Source of the DNA: Nemertoderma westbladi
Lineage: Eukaryota; Animalia; Xenacoelomorpha
DNA length: 64,000 nt
Assembly (NCBI GenBank): GCA_032718475.1
Contig: JAUCBJ010006975.1
Location: 73,044 to 137,043 of the forward strand
Reading direction: 5' to 3'
The notes under the pieces are model-generated. The model was not told the origin of the DNA and did no database searches. It was given only the letters and a program-made list of their open reading frames with translations. The stretch's first letter is position 1, and each line of letters starts with the position of its first letter. Both the position numbers and the translations under genes were made by a program. Positions 48,901-63,580 of this stretch are shown here, in pieces.

Positions 48901-51900
48901 CTGTGGAACATGGTTGACCTATAGGTGGGTCAACATTGAAACACTGGCACTACTGTGGAACATGATTGCCCTATAGGTGAGTCAACATTGAAACACTGGC
49001 ACTACTGTGGAACATGGTTGACCTATAGGAGGGTCAACATTGAAACACTGGCACTACTGTGGAACATGGTTGACCTATAGGTGGCTCAACATTGAAACAC
49101 TGGCACTACTGTGGAACATGGTTGACCTATAGGTGGGTCAACATTGAAACACTGGCACTACTGTGGAACATGATTGCCCTATAGGTGAGTCAACATTGAA
49201 ACACTGGCACTACTGTGGAACATGGTTGACCTATAGGAGGGTCAACATTGAAACACTGGCACTACTGTGGAACATGGTTGCCCTATAGGTGAGTCAACAT
49301 TGAAACACTGGCACTACTGTGGAACATGGTTGCCCTATAGGTGGCTCAACATTGAAACACTGGCACTACTGTGGAACATGGTTGACCTATAGGTGGGTCA
49401 ACATTGAAACACTGGCACTACTGTGGAACATGGTTGCCCTATAGGTGAGTCAACATTGAAACACTGGCACTACTGTGGAACATGGTTGACCTATAGGAGG
49501 GTCAACATTGAAACACTGGCACTACTGTGGAACATGGTTGACCTATAGGTGGGTCAACATTGAAACACTGTCACTACTGTGGAACATGGTTGCCCTATAG
49601 GTGGGTCAACATTGAAACACTGGCACTACTGTGGAACATGGTTGCCCTATAGGTGGGTCAACATTGAAACACTGGCACTACTGTGGAACATGGTTGACCT
49701 ATAGGTGGGTCAACATTGAAACACTGTCACTACTGTGGAACATGGTTGCCCTATAGGTGGGTCAACATTGAAACACTGGCACTACTGTGGAACATGGTTG
49801 CCCTATAGGTGGGTCAACATTGAAACACTGGCACTACTGTGGAACATGGTTGCCCTATAGGTGGGTCAACATTGAAACACTGGCACTACTGTGGAACATG
49901 GTTGACCTAAAGGTGGGTCAACATTGAAACACTGGCACTACTGTAGAACATGGTTGCCCTATAGGTGGTCAACATTGAAACACTGGCACTACTGTGGAAC
50001 ATGGTTGACCTATAGGTGGCTCAACATTGAAACACTGGCACTACTGTGGAACATGATTGCCCTATAGGTGGGTCAACATTGAAACACTGGCACTACTGTG
50101 GAACATGGTTGCCCTATAGGTGGGTCAACATTGAAACACTGGCACTAAACTGTGGAACATGATTGCCCTATAGGTGGGTCAACATTGAAACACTGGCACT
50201 ACTGTAGAACATGGTTGCCCTATAGGTGGGTCAACATTGAAACACTGGCACTACTGTGGAACATGATTGCCCTATAGGTGGGTCAACATTGAAACACTGG
50301 CACTACTGTAGAACATGGTTGCCCTATAGGTGGGTCAACATTGAAACACTGGCACTACTGTGGAACATGGTTGCCCTATACAGTAGGTGGGCCAACATTG
50401 AAACACTGGCACTACTGTGGAACATGGTTGCTCTATAGGTGGGTCAACATTGAAACACTGGCACTACTGTGGAACATGGTTGCCCTATAGGTGAGTCAAC
50501 ATTGAAACACTGGCACTACTGTGGAACATGGTTGCTCTATAGGTGGGTCAACATTGAAACACTGGCACTAAACTGTGGAACATGGCTGCTCTATAGGTGG
50601 GTCAACATTGAAACACTGGCACTACTGTGGAACATGGTTGCCCTATAGGTGAGTCAACATTGAAACACTGGCACTACTGTGGAACATGGTTGACCTATAG
50701 ATGGGTCAACATTGAAACACTGGCACTACTGTAGAACATGGTTGCTCTATAGATGGGTCAACATTGAAACACTGGCACTACTGTGGAACATGGTTGCTCT
50801 ATAGGTGGGTCAACATTGAAACACTGGCACTAAACTGTGGAACATGGCTGCTCTATAGGTGGGTCAACATTGAAACACTGGCACTACTGTGGAACATGGT
50901 TGCCCTATAGGTGAGTCAACATTGAAACACTGACACTACTGTGGAACATGGTTGCCCTATAGGTGGGTCAATATTGAAACACTGGCACTACTGTGGAACA
51001 TGGTTGCCCTATAGGTGGGCCAACATTGAAACACTGGCACTACTGTGGAACATGGTTGCTCTATAGATGGGTCAACATTGAAACACTGGCACTACTGTGG
51101 AACATGGTTGCCCTATAGGTGAGTCAACATTGAAACACTGGCACTACTGTGGAACATGGTTGCCCTATAGGTGGTCAACATTGAAACACTGGCACTACTG
51201 TGGAACATGGTTGCTCTATAGGTGGGTCAACATTGAAACACTGGCACTACTGTGGAACATGGTTGCCCTATAGGTGGGTCAACATTGAAACACTGGCACT
51301 ACTGTGGAACATGGTTGCCCTATAGGTGAGTCAACATTGAAACACTGGCACTACTGTAGAACATGGTTGCTCTATAGATGGGTCAACATTGAAACACTGG
51401 CACTACTGTGGAACATGGTTGCCCTATAGGTGAGTCAACATTGAAACACTGGCACTACTGTGGAACATGGTTGCCCTATAGGTGGGCCAACATTGAAACA
51501 CTGGCACTACTGTGGAACATGGTTGCCCTATAGGTGAGTCAACATTGAAACACTGTCACTACTGTGGAACATGGTTGCCCTATAGGTGAGTCAACATTGA
51601 AACACTGGCACTACTGTGGAACATGGTTGCCCTATAGGTGGGCCAACATTGAAACACTGGCACTACTGTGGAACATGGTTGCCCTATAGGTGAGTCAACA
51701 TTGAAACACTGGCACTACTGTAGAACATGGTTGCCCTATAGGTGAGTCAACATTGAAACACTGGCACTACTGTGGAACATGGCTGCTCTATAGGTGGGTC
51801 AACATTGAAACACTGGCACTACTGTAGAACATGGTTGCTCTATAGATGGGTCAACATTGAAACACTGGCACTACTGTGGAACATGGTTGCCCTATAGGTG

Positions 51901-54900
51901 AGTCAACATTGAAACACTGGCACTACTGTAGAACATGGTTGCTCTATAGATGGGTCAACATTGAAACACTGGCACTACTGTGGAACATGGTTGCCCTATA
52001 GGTGAGTCAACATTGAAACACTGGCACTACTGTGGAACATGGTTGCCCTATAGGTGGGCCAACATTGAAACACTGGCACTACTGTGGAACATGGTTGCCC
52101 TATAGGTGAGTCAACATTGAAACACTGTCACTACTGTGGAACATGGTTGCCCTATAGGTGAGTCAACATTGAAACACTGGCACTACTGTGGAACATGGTT
52201 GCCCTATAGGTGAGTCAACATTGAAACACTGGCACTACTGTGGAACATGGTTGCTCTATAGATGGGTCAACATTGAAACACTGGCACTACTGTGGAACAT
52301 GGTTGACCTATAGGTGGCTCAACATTGAAACACTGGCACTACTGTAGAACATGGTTGCTCTATAGGTGGGTCAACATTGAAACACTGGCACTACTGTGGA
52401 ACATGGTTACCCTATAGGTGGGTCAACATTGAAACACTGGCACTACTGTGGAACATGGTTGCTCTATAGGTGGGTCAACATTGAAACACTGGCACTAAAC
52501 TGTGGAACATGGCTGCTCTATAGGTGGGTCAACATTGAAACACTGGCACTACTGTAGAACATGGTTGCTCTATAGATGGGTCAACATTGAAACACTGGCA
52601 CTACTGTGGAACATGGTTGCCCTATAGGTGAGTCAACATTGAAACACTGGCACTACTGTGGAACATGGTTGCCCTATAGGTGGGTCAACATTGAAACACT
52701 GGCACTAAACTGTGGAACATGGCTGCTCTATAGGTGGGTCAACATTGAAACACTGGCACTACTGTAGAACATGGTTGCTCTATAGATGGGTCAACATTGA
52801 AACACTGGCACTACTGTGGAACATGGTTGCCCTATAGGTGAGTCAACATTGAAACACTGGCACTACTGTGGAACATGGTTGCCCTATAGGTGAGTCAACA
52901 TTGAAACACTGGCACTACTGTAGAACATGGTTGCTCTATAGATGGGTCAACATTGAAACACTGGCACTACTGTGGAACATGGTTGCTCTATAGGTGAGTC
53001 AACATTGAAACACTGGCACTACTGTGGAACATGGTTGCTCTATAGATGGGTCAACATTGAAACACTGGCACTACTGTGGAACATGGTTGCTCTATAGATG
53101 GGTCAACATTGAAACACTGGCACTACTGTGGAACATGGTTGCTCTATAGATGGGTCAACATTGAAACACTGGCACTACTGTGGAACATGGCTGCTCTATA
53201 GGTGAGTCAACATTGAAACACTGGCACTACTGTGGAACATGGTTGCTCTATAGATGGGTCAACATTGAAACACTGGCACTACTGTGGAACATGGCTGCTC
53301 TATAGGTGAGTCAACATTGAAACACTGGCACTACTGTGGAACATGGTTGCTCTATAGATGGGTCAACATTGAAACACTGGCACTACTGTGGAACATGGTT
53401 GCTCTATAGATGGGTCAACATTGAAACACTGGCACTACTGTGGAACATGGTTGCCCTATAGGTGAGTCAACATTGAAACACTGGCACTACTGTGGAAAAT
53501 GGTTGTTCTATAGATGGGTCAACATTGAAACACTGGCACTACTGTGGAACATGGTTGCCCTATAGGTGGGTCAACATTGAAACACTGGCACTACTGTGGA
53601 ACATGGTTGACCTATAGGTGGCTCAACATTGAAACACTGGCACTACTGTAGAACATGGTTGCCCTATAGGTGAGTCAACATTGAAACACTGGCACTACTG
53701 TGGAACATGGTTGCTCTATAGGTGAGTCAACATTGAAACACTGGCACTACTGTGGAACATGGTTGCTCTATAGATGGGTCAACATCAAAACACTGGCACT
53801 ACTGTGGAACATGGTTGCTCTATAGATGGGTCAACATTGAAACACTGGCACTACTGTGGAACATGGCTGCTCTATAGGTGAGTCAACATTGAAACACTGG
53901 CACTACTGTGGAACATGGTTTCTCTATAGATGGGTCAACATTGAAACACTGGCACTACTGTGGAACATGGTTGCCCTATAGGTGAGTCAACATTGAAACA
54001 CTGGCACTACTGTGGAACATGGTTGACCTATAGGTGGGTCAACATTGAAACACTGGCACTACTGTGGAACATGGTTGCTCTATAGGTGGGTCAACATTGA
54101 AACACTGGCACTACTGTGGAACATGGTTGCTCTATAGGTGGGTCAACATTGAAACACTGGCACTACTGTGGAACATGGTTGCTCTATAGGTGGGTCAACA
54201 TTGAAACACTGGCACTACTGTGGAACATGGTTGCTCTATAGGTGGGTCAACATTGAAACACTGGCACTACTGTGGAACATGGTTGCCCTATAGGTGGGTC
54301 AACATTGAAACACTGGCACTACTGTGGAACATGGTTGCTCTATAGGTGGGTCAACATTGAAACACTGGCACTACTGTGGAACATGGTTGACCTATAGGTG
54401 GCTCAACATTGAAACACTGGCACTACTGTGGAACATGGTTGCTCTATAGGTGGGTCAACATTGAAACACTGGCACTACTGTGGAACATGGCTGCTCTATA
54501 GATGAGTCAACATTGAAACACTGGCACTACTGTGGAACATGGTTGCTCTATAGATGGGTCAACATTGAAACACTGGCACTACTGTGGAACATGGTTGCTC
54601 TATAGATGGGTCAACATTGAAACACTGGCACTACTGTGGAACATGGTTGCCCTATAGGTGAGTCAACATTGAAACACTGGCACTACTGTGGAACATGGTT
54701 GCTCTATAGATGGGTCAACATTGAAACACTGGCACTACTGTGGAACATGGTTGCTCTATAGATGGGTCAACATTGAAACACTGGCACTACTGTAGAACAT
54801 GGTTGCCCTATAGGTGAGTCAACATTGAAACACTGGCACTACTGTGGAACATGGTTGCCCTATAGGTGAGTCAACATTGAAACACTGGCACTACTGTGGA

Positions 54901-57900
54901 ACATGGTTGACCTATAGGTGGGTCAACATTGAAGCACTGGCACTACTGTAGAACATGGTTGCCCTATAGGTGAGTCAACATTGAAACACTGGCACTACTG
55001 TGGAACATGGTTGCCCTATAGGTGAGTCAACATTGAGGTTGCCCTATAGGTGAGTCAACATTGAAACACTGGCACTACTGTAGAACATGGTTGCCCTATA
55101 GATGGGTCAACATTGAAACACTGGCACTACTGTGGAACATGGTTGCCCTATAGGTGAGTCAACATTGAAACACTGGCACTACTGTAGAACATGGTTGCTC
55201 TATAGGTGGGTCAACATTGAAACACTGGCACTACTGTGGAACATGGTTGCCCTATAGGTGGGTCAACATTGAAACACTGGCACTACTGTGGAACATGGTT
55301 GCCCTATAGGTGGGTCAACATTGAAACACTGGCACTACTGTGGAACATGGTTGCTCTATAGGTGGGTCAACATTGAAACACTGGCACTACTGTGGAACAT
55401 GGCTGCTCTATAGGTGGGTCAACATTGAAACACTGGCACTACTGTGGAACATGGTTGCCCTATAGATGGGTCAACATTGAAACACTGGCACTACTGTGGA
55501 ACATGGTTGCCCTATAGGTGGGTCAACATTGAAACACTGGCACTACTGTAGAACATGGTTGCTCTATAGGTGGGTCAACATTGAAACACTGGCACTACTG
55601 TGGAACATGGTTGCCCTATAGGTGGGTCAACATTGAAACACTGGCACTACTGTGGAACATGGTTGCCCTATAGGTGGGTCAACATTGAAACACTGGCACT
55701 ACTGTGGAACATGGTTGCTCTATAGGTGGGTCAACATTGAAACACTGGCACTACTGTGGAACATGGTTGCTCTATAGGTGGGTCAACATTGAAACACTGG
55801 CACTACTGTGGAACATGGTTGCCCTATAGGTGGGTCAACATTGAAACACTGGCACTACTGTGGAACATGGTTGCCCTATAGGTGAGTCAACATTGAAACA
55901 CTGGCACTACTGTAGAACATGGTTGCTCTATAGGTGGGTCAACATTGAAACACTGGCACTACTGTGGAACGGTTGCCCTATAGGTGAGTCAACATTGAAA
56001 CACTGGCACTACTGTGGAACATGGTTGCCCTATAGGTGGGTCAACATTGAAACACTGGCACTACTGTGGAACATGGTTGCCCTATAGGTGGGTCAACATT
56101 GAAACACTGGCACTACTGTGGAACATGGTTGCCCTATAGGTGGGTCAACATTGAAACACTGGCACTACTGTAGAACATGGTTGCTCTATAGGTGGGTCAA
56201 CATTGAAACACTGGCACTACTGTGGAACATGGTTGCCCTATAGGTGAGTCAACATTGAAACACTGGCACTACTGTGGAACATGGTTGCCCTATAGGTGGG
56301 TCAACATTGAAACACTGGCACTACTGTGGAACATGGTTGCTCTATAGGTGGGTCAACATTGAAACACTGGCACTACTGTGGAACATGGTTGCCCTATAGA
56401 TGGGTCAACATTGAAACACTGGCACTACTGTGGAACATGGTTGCCCTATAGGTGGGTCAACATTGAAACACTGGCACTACTGTGGAACATGGTTGCCCTA
56501 TAGGTGGGTCAACTACTGTGGAACATGGTTGCCCTATAGGTGGGTCAACATTGAAACACTGGCACTACTGTGGAACATGGTTGCCCTATAGGTGGGTCAA
56601 CATTGAAACACTGGCACTACTGTAGAACATGGTTGCTCTATAGGTGGGTCAACATTGAAACACTGGCACTACTGTGGAACTGGTTGCCCTATAGGTGGGT
56701 CAACATTGAAACACTGGCACTACTGTGGAACATGGTTGCCCTATAGGTGGGTCAACATTGAAACACTGGCACTACTGTGGAACATGGTTGCCCTATAGGT
56801 GGGTCAACATTGAAACACTGGCACTACTGTGGAACATGGTTGCCCTATAGGTGGGTCAACATTGAAACACTGGCACTACTGTGGAACATGGTTGCCCTAT
56901 AGGTGGGTCAACATTGAAACACTGACACTACTGTGGAACATGGTTGCCCTATAGATGGGTCAACATTGAAACACTGGCACTACTGTGGAACATGGTTGCC
57001 CTATAGATGGGTCAACATTGAAACACTGGCACTACTGTGGAACATGGTTGCCCTATAGGTGGGTCAACATTGAAACACTGGCACTACTGTGGAACATGGT
57101 TGCCCTATAGGTGGGTCAACATTGAAACACTGGCACTACTGTGGAACATGGTTGCCCTATAGATGGGTCAACATTGAAACACTGGCACTACTGTGGAACA
57201 TGGTTGTCCTATAGGTGAGTCAACATTGAAACACTGGCACTACTGTGGAACATGGTTGCCCTATAGGTGGGTCAACATTGAAACACTGGCACTACTGTGG
57301 AACATGGTTGCCCTATAGATGGGTCAACATTGAAACACTGGCACTACTGTGGAACATGGTTGCCCTATAGGTGGGTCAACATTGAAACACTGGCACTACT
57401 GTGGAACATATGGTTGCCCTATAGGTGGGTCAACATTGAAGCACTGGCACTACTGTGGAACATGGTTGCCCTATAGGTGGGTCAACATTGAAGCACTGGC
57501 ACTACTGTGGAACATGGTTGCCCTATAGATGGGTCAACATTGAAACACTGGCACTACTGTGGAACATGGTTGCCCTATAGGTGGGTCAACATTGAAACAC
57601 TGGCACTACTGTGGAACATATGGTTGCCCTATAGGTGGGTCAACATTGAAGCACTGGCACTACTGTGGAACATGGTTGCCCTATAGGTGGGTCAACATTG
57701 AAACACTGGCACTACTGTGGAACATGGTTGCCCTATAGGTGGGTCAACATTGAAGCACTGGCACTACTGTGGAACATGGTTGCCCTATAGGTGGGTCAAC
57801 ATTGAAACACTGGCACTACTGTGGAACATGGTTGACCTATAGGTGGGTCAACATTGAAACACTGGCACTACTGTGGAACATATGGTTGCCCTATAGATGG

Positions 57901-60900
57901 GTCAACATTGAAGCACTGGCACTACTGTGGAACATGGTTGCCCTATAGGTGGGTCAACATTGAAACACTGGCACTACTGTGGAACATGGTTGACCTATAG
58001 GTGGGTCAACATTGAAGCACTGGCACTACTGTGGAACATGGTTGACCTATAGGTGGGTCAACATTGAAGCACTGGCACTACTGTGGAACATATGGTTGCC
58101 CTATAGATGGGTCAACATTGAAGCACTGGCACTACTGTGGAACATGGTTGCCCTATAGGTGGGTCAACATTGAAGCACTGGCACTACTGTGGAACATGGT
58201 TGCCCTATAGGTGGGTCAACATTGAAACACTGGCACTACTGTGGAACATGGTTGACCTATAGGTGGGTCAACATTGAAACACTGGCACTACTGTGGAACA
58301 TGGTTGCCCTATAGGTGGGTCAACATTGAAGCACTGGCACTACTGTGGAACATGGTTGCCCTATAGGTGGGTCAACATTGAAACACTGGCACTACTGTGG
58401 AACATGGTTGACCTATAGGTGGGTCAACATTGAAACACTGGCACTACTGTGGAACATGGTTGACCTATAGGTGGGTCAACATTGAAACACTGGCACTACT
58501 GTGGAACATATGGTTGCCCTATAGATGGGTCAACATTGAAGCACTGGCACTACTGTGGAACATGGTTGCCCTATAGGTGGGTCAACATTGAAACACTGGC
58601 ACTACTGTGGAACATGGTTGACCTATAGGTGGGTCAACATTGAAGCACTGGCACTACTGTGGAACATGGTTGACCTATAGGTGGGTCAACATTGAAGCAC
58701 TGGCACTACTGTGGAACATATGGTTGCCCTATAGATGGGTCAACATTGAAGCACTGGCACTACTGTGGAACATGGTTGCCCTATAGGTGGGTCAACATTG
58801 AAACACTGGCACTACTGTGGAACATGGTTGACCTATAGGTGGGTCAACATTGAAGCACTGGCACTACTGTGGAACATGGTTGACCTATAGGTGGGTCAAC
58901 ATTGAAGCACTGGCACTACTGTGGAACATATGGTTGCCCTATAGATGGGTCAACATTGAAACACTGGCACTACTGTGGAACATGGTTGCCCTATAGGTGG
59001 GTCAACATTGAAACACTGGCACTACTGTGGAACATGGTTAACCTATAGGTGGGTCAACATTGAAGCACTGGCACTACTGTGGAACATGGTTGACCTATAG
59101 GTGGGTCAACATTGAAGCACTGGCACTACTGTGGAACATATGGTTGCCCTATAGATGGGTCAACATTGAAGCACTGGCACTACTGTGGAACATGGTTGCC
59201 CTATAGGTGGGTCAACATTGAAGCACTGGCACTACTGTGGAACATGGTTGCCCTATAGGTGGGTCAACATTGAAACACTGGCACTACTGTGGAACATGGT
59301 TGACCTATAGGTGGGTCAACATTGAAACACTGGCACTACTGTGGAACATGGTTGCCCTATAGGTGGGTCAACATTGAAACACTGGCACTACTGTGGAACA
59401 TGGTTGCCCTATAGGTGGGTCAACATTGAAACACTGGCACTACTGTGGAACATGGTTGCCCTATAGATGGGTCAACATTGAAACACTGGCACTACTGTGG
59501 AACATGGTTGCCCTATAGGTGGGTCAACATTGAAACACTGGCACTACTGTGGAACATGGTTGCCCTATAGGTGAGTCAACATTGAAACACTGGCACTACT
59601 GTGGAACATGGTTGCCCTATAGGTGGGTCAACATTGAAACACTGGCACTACTGTGGAACATGGTTGCCCTATAGATGGGTCAACATTGAAACACTGGCAC
59701 TACTGTGGAACATGGTTGTCCTATAGGTGAGTCAACATTGAAACACTGGCACTACTGTGGAACATGGTTGCCCTATAGGTGGGTCAACATTGAAACACTG
59801 GCACTACTGTGGAACATGGTTGCCCTATAGATGGGTCAACATTGAAACACTGGCACTACTGTGGAACATGGTTGCCCTATAGGTGGGTCAACATTGAAAC
59901 ACTGGCACTACTGTGGAACATATGGTTGCCCTATAGGTGGGTCAACATTGAAGCACTGGCACTACTGTGGAACATGGTTGCCCTATAGGTGGGTCAACAT
60001 TGAAGCACTGGCACTACTGTGGAACATGGTTGCCCTATAGATGGGTCAACATTGAAACACTGGCACTACTGTGGAACATGGTTGCCCTATAGGTGGGTCA
60101 ACATTGAAACACTGGCACTACTGTGGAACATATGGTTGCCCTATAGGTGGGTCAACATTGAAGCACTGGCACTACTGTGGAACATGGTTGCCCTATAGGT
60201 GGGTCAACATTGAAACACTGGCACTACTGTGGAACATGGTTGCCCTATAGGTGGGTCAACATTGAAGCACTGGCACTACTGTGGAACATGGTTGCCCTAT
60301 AGGTGGGTCAACATTGAAACACTGGCACTACTGTGGAACATGGTTGACCTATAGGTGGGTCAACATTGAAACACTGGCACTACTGTGGAACATATGGTTG
60401 CCCTATAGATGGGTCAACATTGAAGCACTGGCACTACTGTGGAACATGGTTGCCCTATAGGTGGGTCAACATTGAAACACTGGCACTACTGTGGAACATG
60501 GTTGACCTATAGGTGGGTCAACATTGAAGCACTGGCACTACTGTGGAACATGGTTGACCTATAGGTGGGTCAACATTGAAGCACTGGCACTACTGTGGAA
60601 CATATGGTTGCCCTATAGATGGGTCAACATTGAAGCACTGGCACTACTGTGGAACATGGTTGCCCTATAGGTGGGTCAACATTGAAGCACTGGCACTACT
60701 GTGGAACATGGTTGCCCTATAGGTGGGTCAACATTGAAACACTGGCACTACTGTGGAACATGGTTGACCTATAGGTGGGTCAACATTGAAACACTGGCAC
60801 TACTGTGGAACATATGGTTGCCCTATAGATGGGTCAACATTGAAGCACTGGCACTACTGTGGAACATGGTTGCCCTATAGGTGGGTCAACATTGAAACAC

Positions 60901-61644
60901 TGGCACTACTGTGGAACATGGTTGACCTATAGGTGGGTCAACATTGAAGCACTGGCACTACTGTGGAACATGGTTGACCTATAGGTGGGTCAACATTGAA
61001 GCACTGGCACTACTGTGGAACATATGGTTGCCCTATAGATGGGTCAACATTGAAGCACTGGCACTACTGTGGAACATGGTTGCCCTATAGGTGGGTCAAC
61101 ATTGAAACACTGGCACTACTGTGGAACATGGTTGACCTATAGGTGGGTCAACATTGAAGCACTGGCACTACTGTGGAACATGGTTGACCTATAGGTGGGT
61201 CAACATTGAAGCACTGGCACTACTGTGGAACATATGGTTGCCCTATAGATGGGTCAACATTGAAACACTGGCACTACTGTGGAACATGGTTGCCCTATAG
61301 GTGGGTCAACATTGAAACACTGGCACTACTGTGGAACATGGTTGACCTATAGGTGGGTCAACATTGAAGCACTGGCACTACTGTGGAACATGGTTGCCCT
61401 ATAGGTGGGTCAACATTGAAACACTGGCACTACTGTGGAACATGGTTGCCCTATAGGTGGGCCAACATTGAAACACTGGCACTACTGTGGAACATGGTTG
61501 CCCTATAGGTGGGTCAACATTGAAACACTGGCACTACTGTGGAACATGGTTGCCCTATAGGTGGGCCAACATTGAAACACTGGCACTACTGTGGAACATA
61601 GTTGCCCTATAGGTGGGTCAACTACTGTGGAACATAGTTGCCCT
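27962..61644. repeat. 52-bp satellite, about 640 copies over 33.7 kb
   Basis: Unit CTATAGGTGGGTCAACATTGAAACACTGGCACTACTGTGGAACATGGTTGCC, uninterrupted and in a single orientation, with regionally clustered variants. Confidence 0.99.
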
Positions 61645-61679
61645 TCCCTCCATTGTATATAAACTAATGTTTTACACAG

Positions 61680-61974
61680 GATTACTCACATAAAGCGAAC
61701 TGGTAGAACTCGAACAGAGAGCAGAGAGCAATCCCGCCCTAACAAGTTTATTTCATTTTTAACCACATCGCTTTTTATGAGTACTGGAAAAAATAACAGG
61801 AGCAAGTCGCCGTGCAGCACTACAAAACTACGCACTCCCCAGCTGCATGACCTCACTCGTTCTCTGCAAATACCATCGGAGCAATTTGGAATCTCGCGTT
61901 ATGCCCGGCGAATCGACGACTACTGTACAGACAAAATTAGCCAGAACTTCCTCTGAAACTTCTTCAATTGTACT
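61680..61974 (+). pseudogene. Possible pseudo-exon with an armadillo-repeat-like segment
   Basis: Bounded by TTTTACACAG|G and T|GTAAGA. One frame reads SANTIGAIWNLALCPANRRLLYRQN*PELPLKLLQLY, resembling ARM helix 3 (GALWNL...N). Stops occur in every frame. Confidence 0.4.
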
Positions 61975-62829
61975 GTAAGATTCCCTACGGTACAAAAATA
62001 AACGGAATACTTTAATATTTTAATCAAGATTAAACATTGCTCTTAACAGGGACCACCTACTGTATCATTCTTTTTAATATAGTATATTTAAACATTAATT
62101 TTATTTAAAAGCACTTATTTTCAAAAGTACTATAAGGTCTTTCGTTTAATCGATTTTACTTATTGCTATTTTACTGCAGAATTTGTCTTGAACACTCTAT
62201 CATATATCTTTTTTTTTACCCCTATTAATTATTTCTACAGTAGTATAAGATTTAAATAATTATACTTAAAAATTATAAAGCTGTAATCCCCATACCCCAT
62301 TCCGTTATAGTTTTTAATTAGTTCAAGTGATTTGCTTTAATAAATGTGATTTTAATTGCTGTGCTATACTTCCAGCTCACTCATTCCTTGGCATACTTGC
62401 TATTGCCTATTAGTTGGGAACCAGTGTAATCATCTCACCACTACTTACTCGGCAACGGGTTATTATATCTATAGGGCATAGGCACTAATAGTGTAAGGTG
62501 CCAGACTAATAAGCCAGCTTGCTTTATCTCGCAAAAGGATTGCTGAGTATTTAATAGTGATGCTTTAGAATAATTAGCTAAATAATTTCCTTGAGGTGTT
62601 GACATGATAAATTAATATTTCAGTATCAATACTATCGGCATAAGGTAAGTTTTAATAATTTTTACAAATTGGGTTGCATCCTCACCTAAAAATATATTAC
62701 TTTCAAAACACAAATTTCCTGTTAATACATTAGCCTTTCATTAATCCTCTGTGCTCCTTTGGGTTGGGGTGGTGCAGACTAAGAGGGCGGTTGAAGCAAG
62801 GGGGGAACTTTCCTACTCAATGATTTCTA

Positions 62830-63580
62830 TAAAACATGTAATAATAATTTATTAAGTAAAATTTAGAACATAATTCGAACTGAGAAGTGATTTTGATGTT
62901 TACAGTTGCGGGAATGTGGAATGTTTACTTTATATCCGTTTGATCGAGTTCGAGAAGGAAGACGATGAAATATCGGTAAATTACTTAGAGGTACTGAAAC
63001 CACGAATTATTTTATACGTCTCCATCAGATCAATGAAAATACGACGTTCCTCTAAGGATCGGGTGTTGAGACGATTTAAGCGATCTGCATAGCTTAAACC
63101 TTGTAGACCAGGCAGGTATCTTGTAAAGTCTTGTTGGACCTGTTCTATAATATTTATATCCCTATCTAAATATGGACACCAGATAGGATTTATTATGTTC
63201 TAAAACGGGTCGCGCGTAAATTTTGAACAGCTTAAATTGAAACTGACCACTACGATGCCGGAAGTTTCGCCTAATCTGACAACATGTTTTACGTGATTTA
63301 GTTGTCACATACGCCACATGTTTACTGAACTTCATATCGGATGAAATTATTATTCCTAAATTTCTCGCTTCACTTAGATGTTGGAGGCATGTTTCACCCA
63401 TGAAGTAGGAACGCTCGGGTCGTGAGTTGGTTGATTGAAGTGAGACAATAGAGAACATTTTGATCCCATTGAAGTGAAGAGTTAATATCATCCTGGAGAA
63501 GCATTCAATCATATGTGGTGGATATAGATTGATAGAGTTTGGTGTCATCGGTATAGAGCTTCATAATTGTGGAAATGTTG
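62830..63580 (-). mobile_element. Decayed CR1-type LINE 3' fragment
   Basis: KLYTDDTKLY (YADD box, about 63535-63563), NLGIIISSDMKFSKHV, FKIYARPVLEH, then across a frameshift WCPYLDRDINIIEQVQQDFTRYLPGLQGLSYADRLNRL..SLEERRIFIDLMETYKII. Confidence 0.88.

Noticed and set aside
28786-56087. Dozens of MEHGCPIGG ORFs
   Set aside because: They are artefacts of translating a 52-bp repeat, open only where indel variants skip the TAG.
27962-61644. CRISPR-like array
   Set aside because: Units are contiguous with no unique spacers, no cas genes are present, and the context is eukaryotic. The same applies to 17935-25153.
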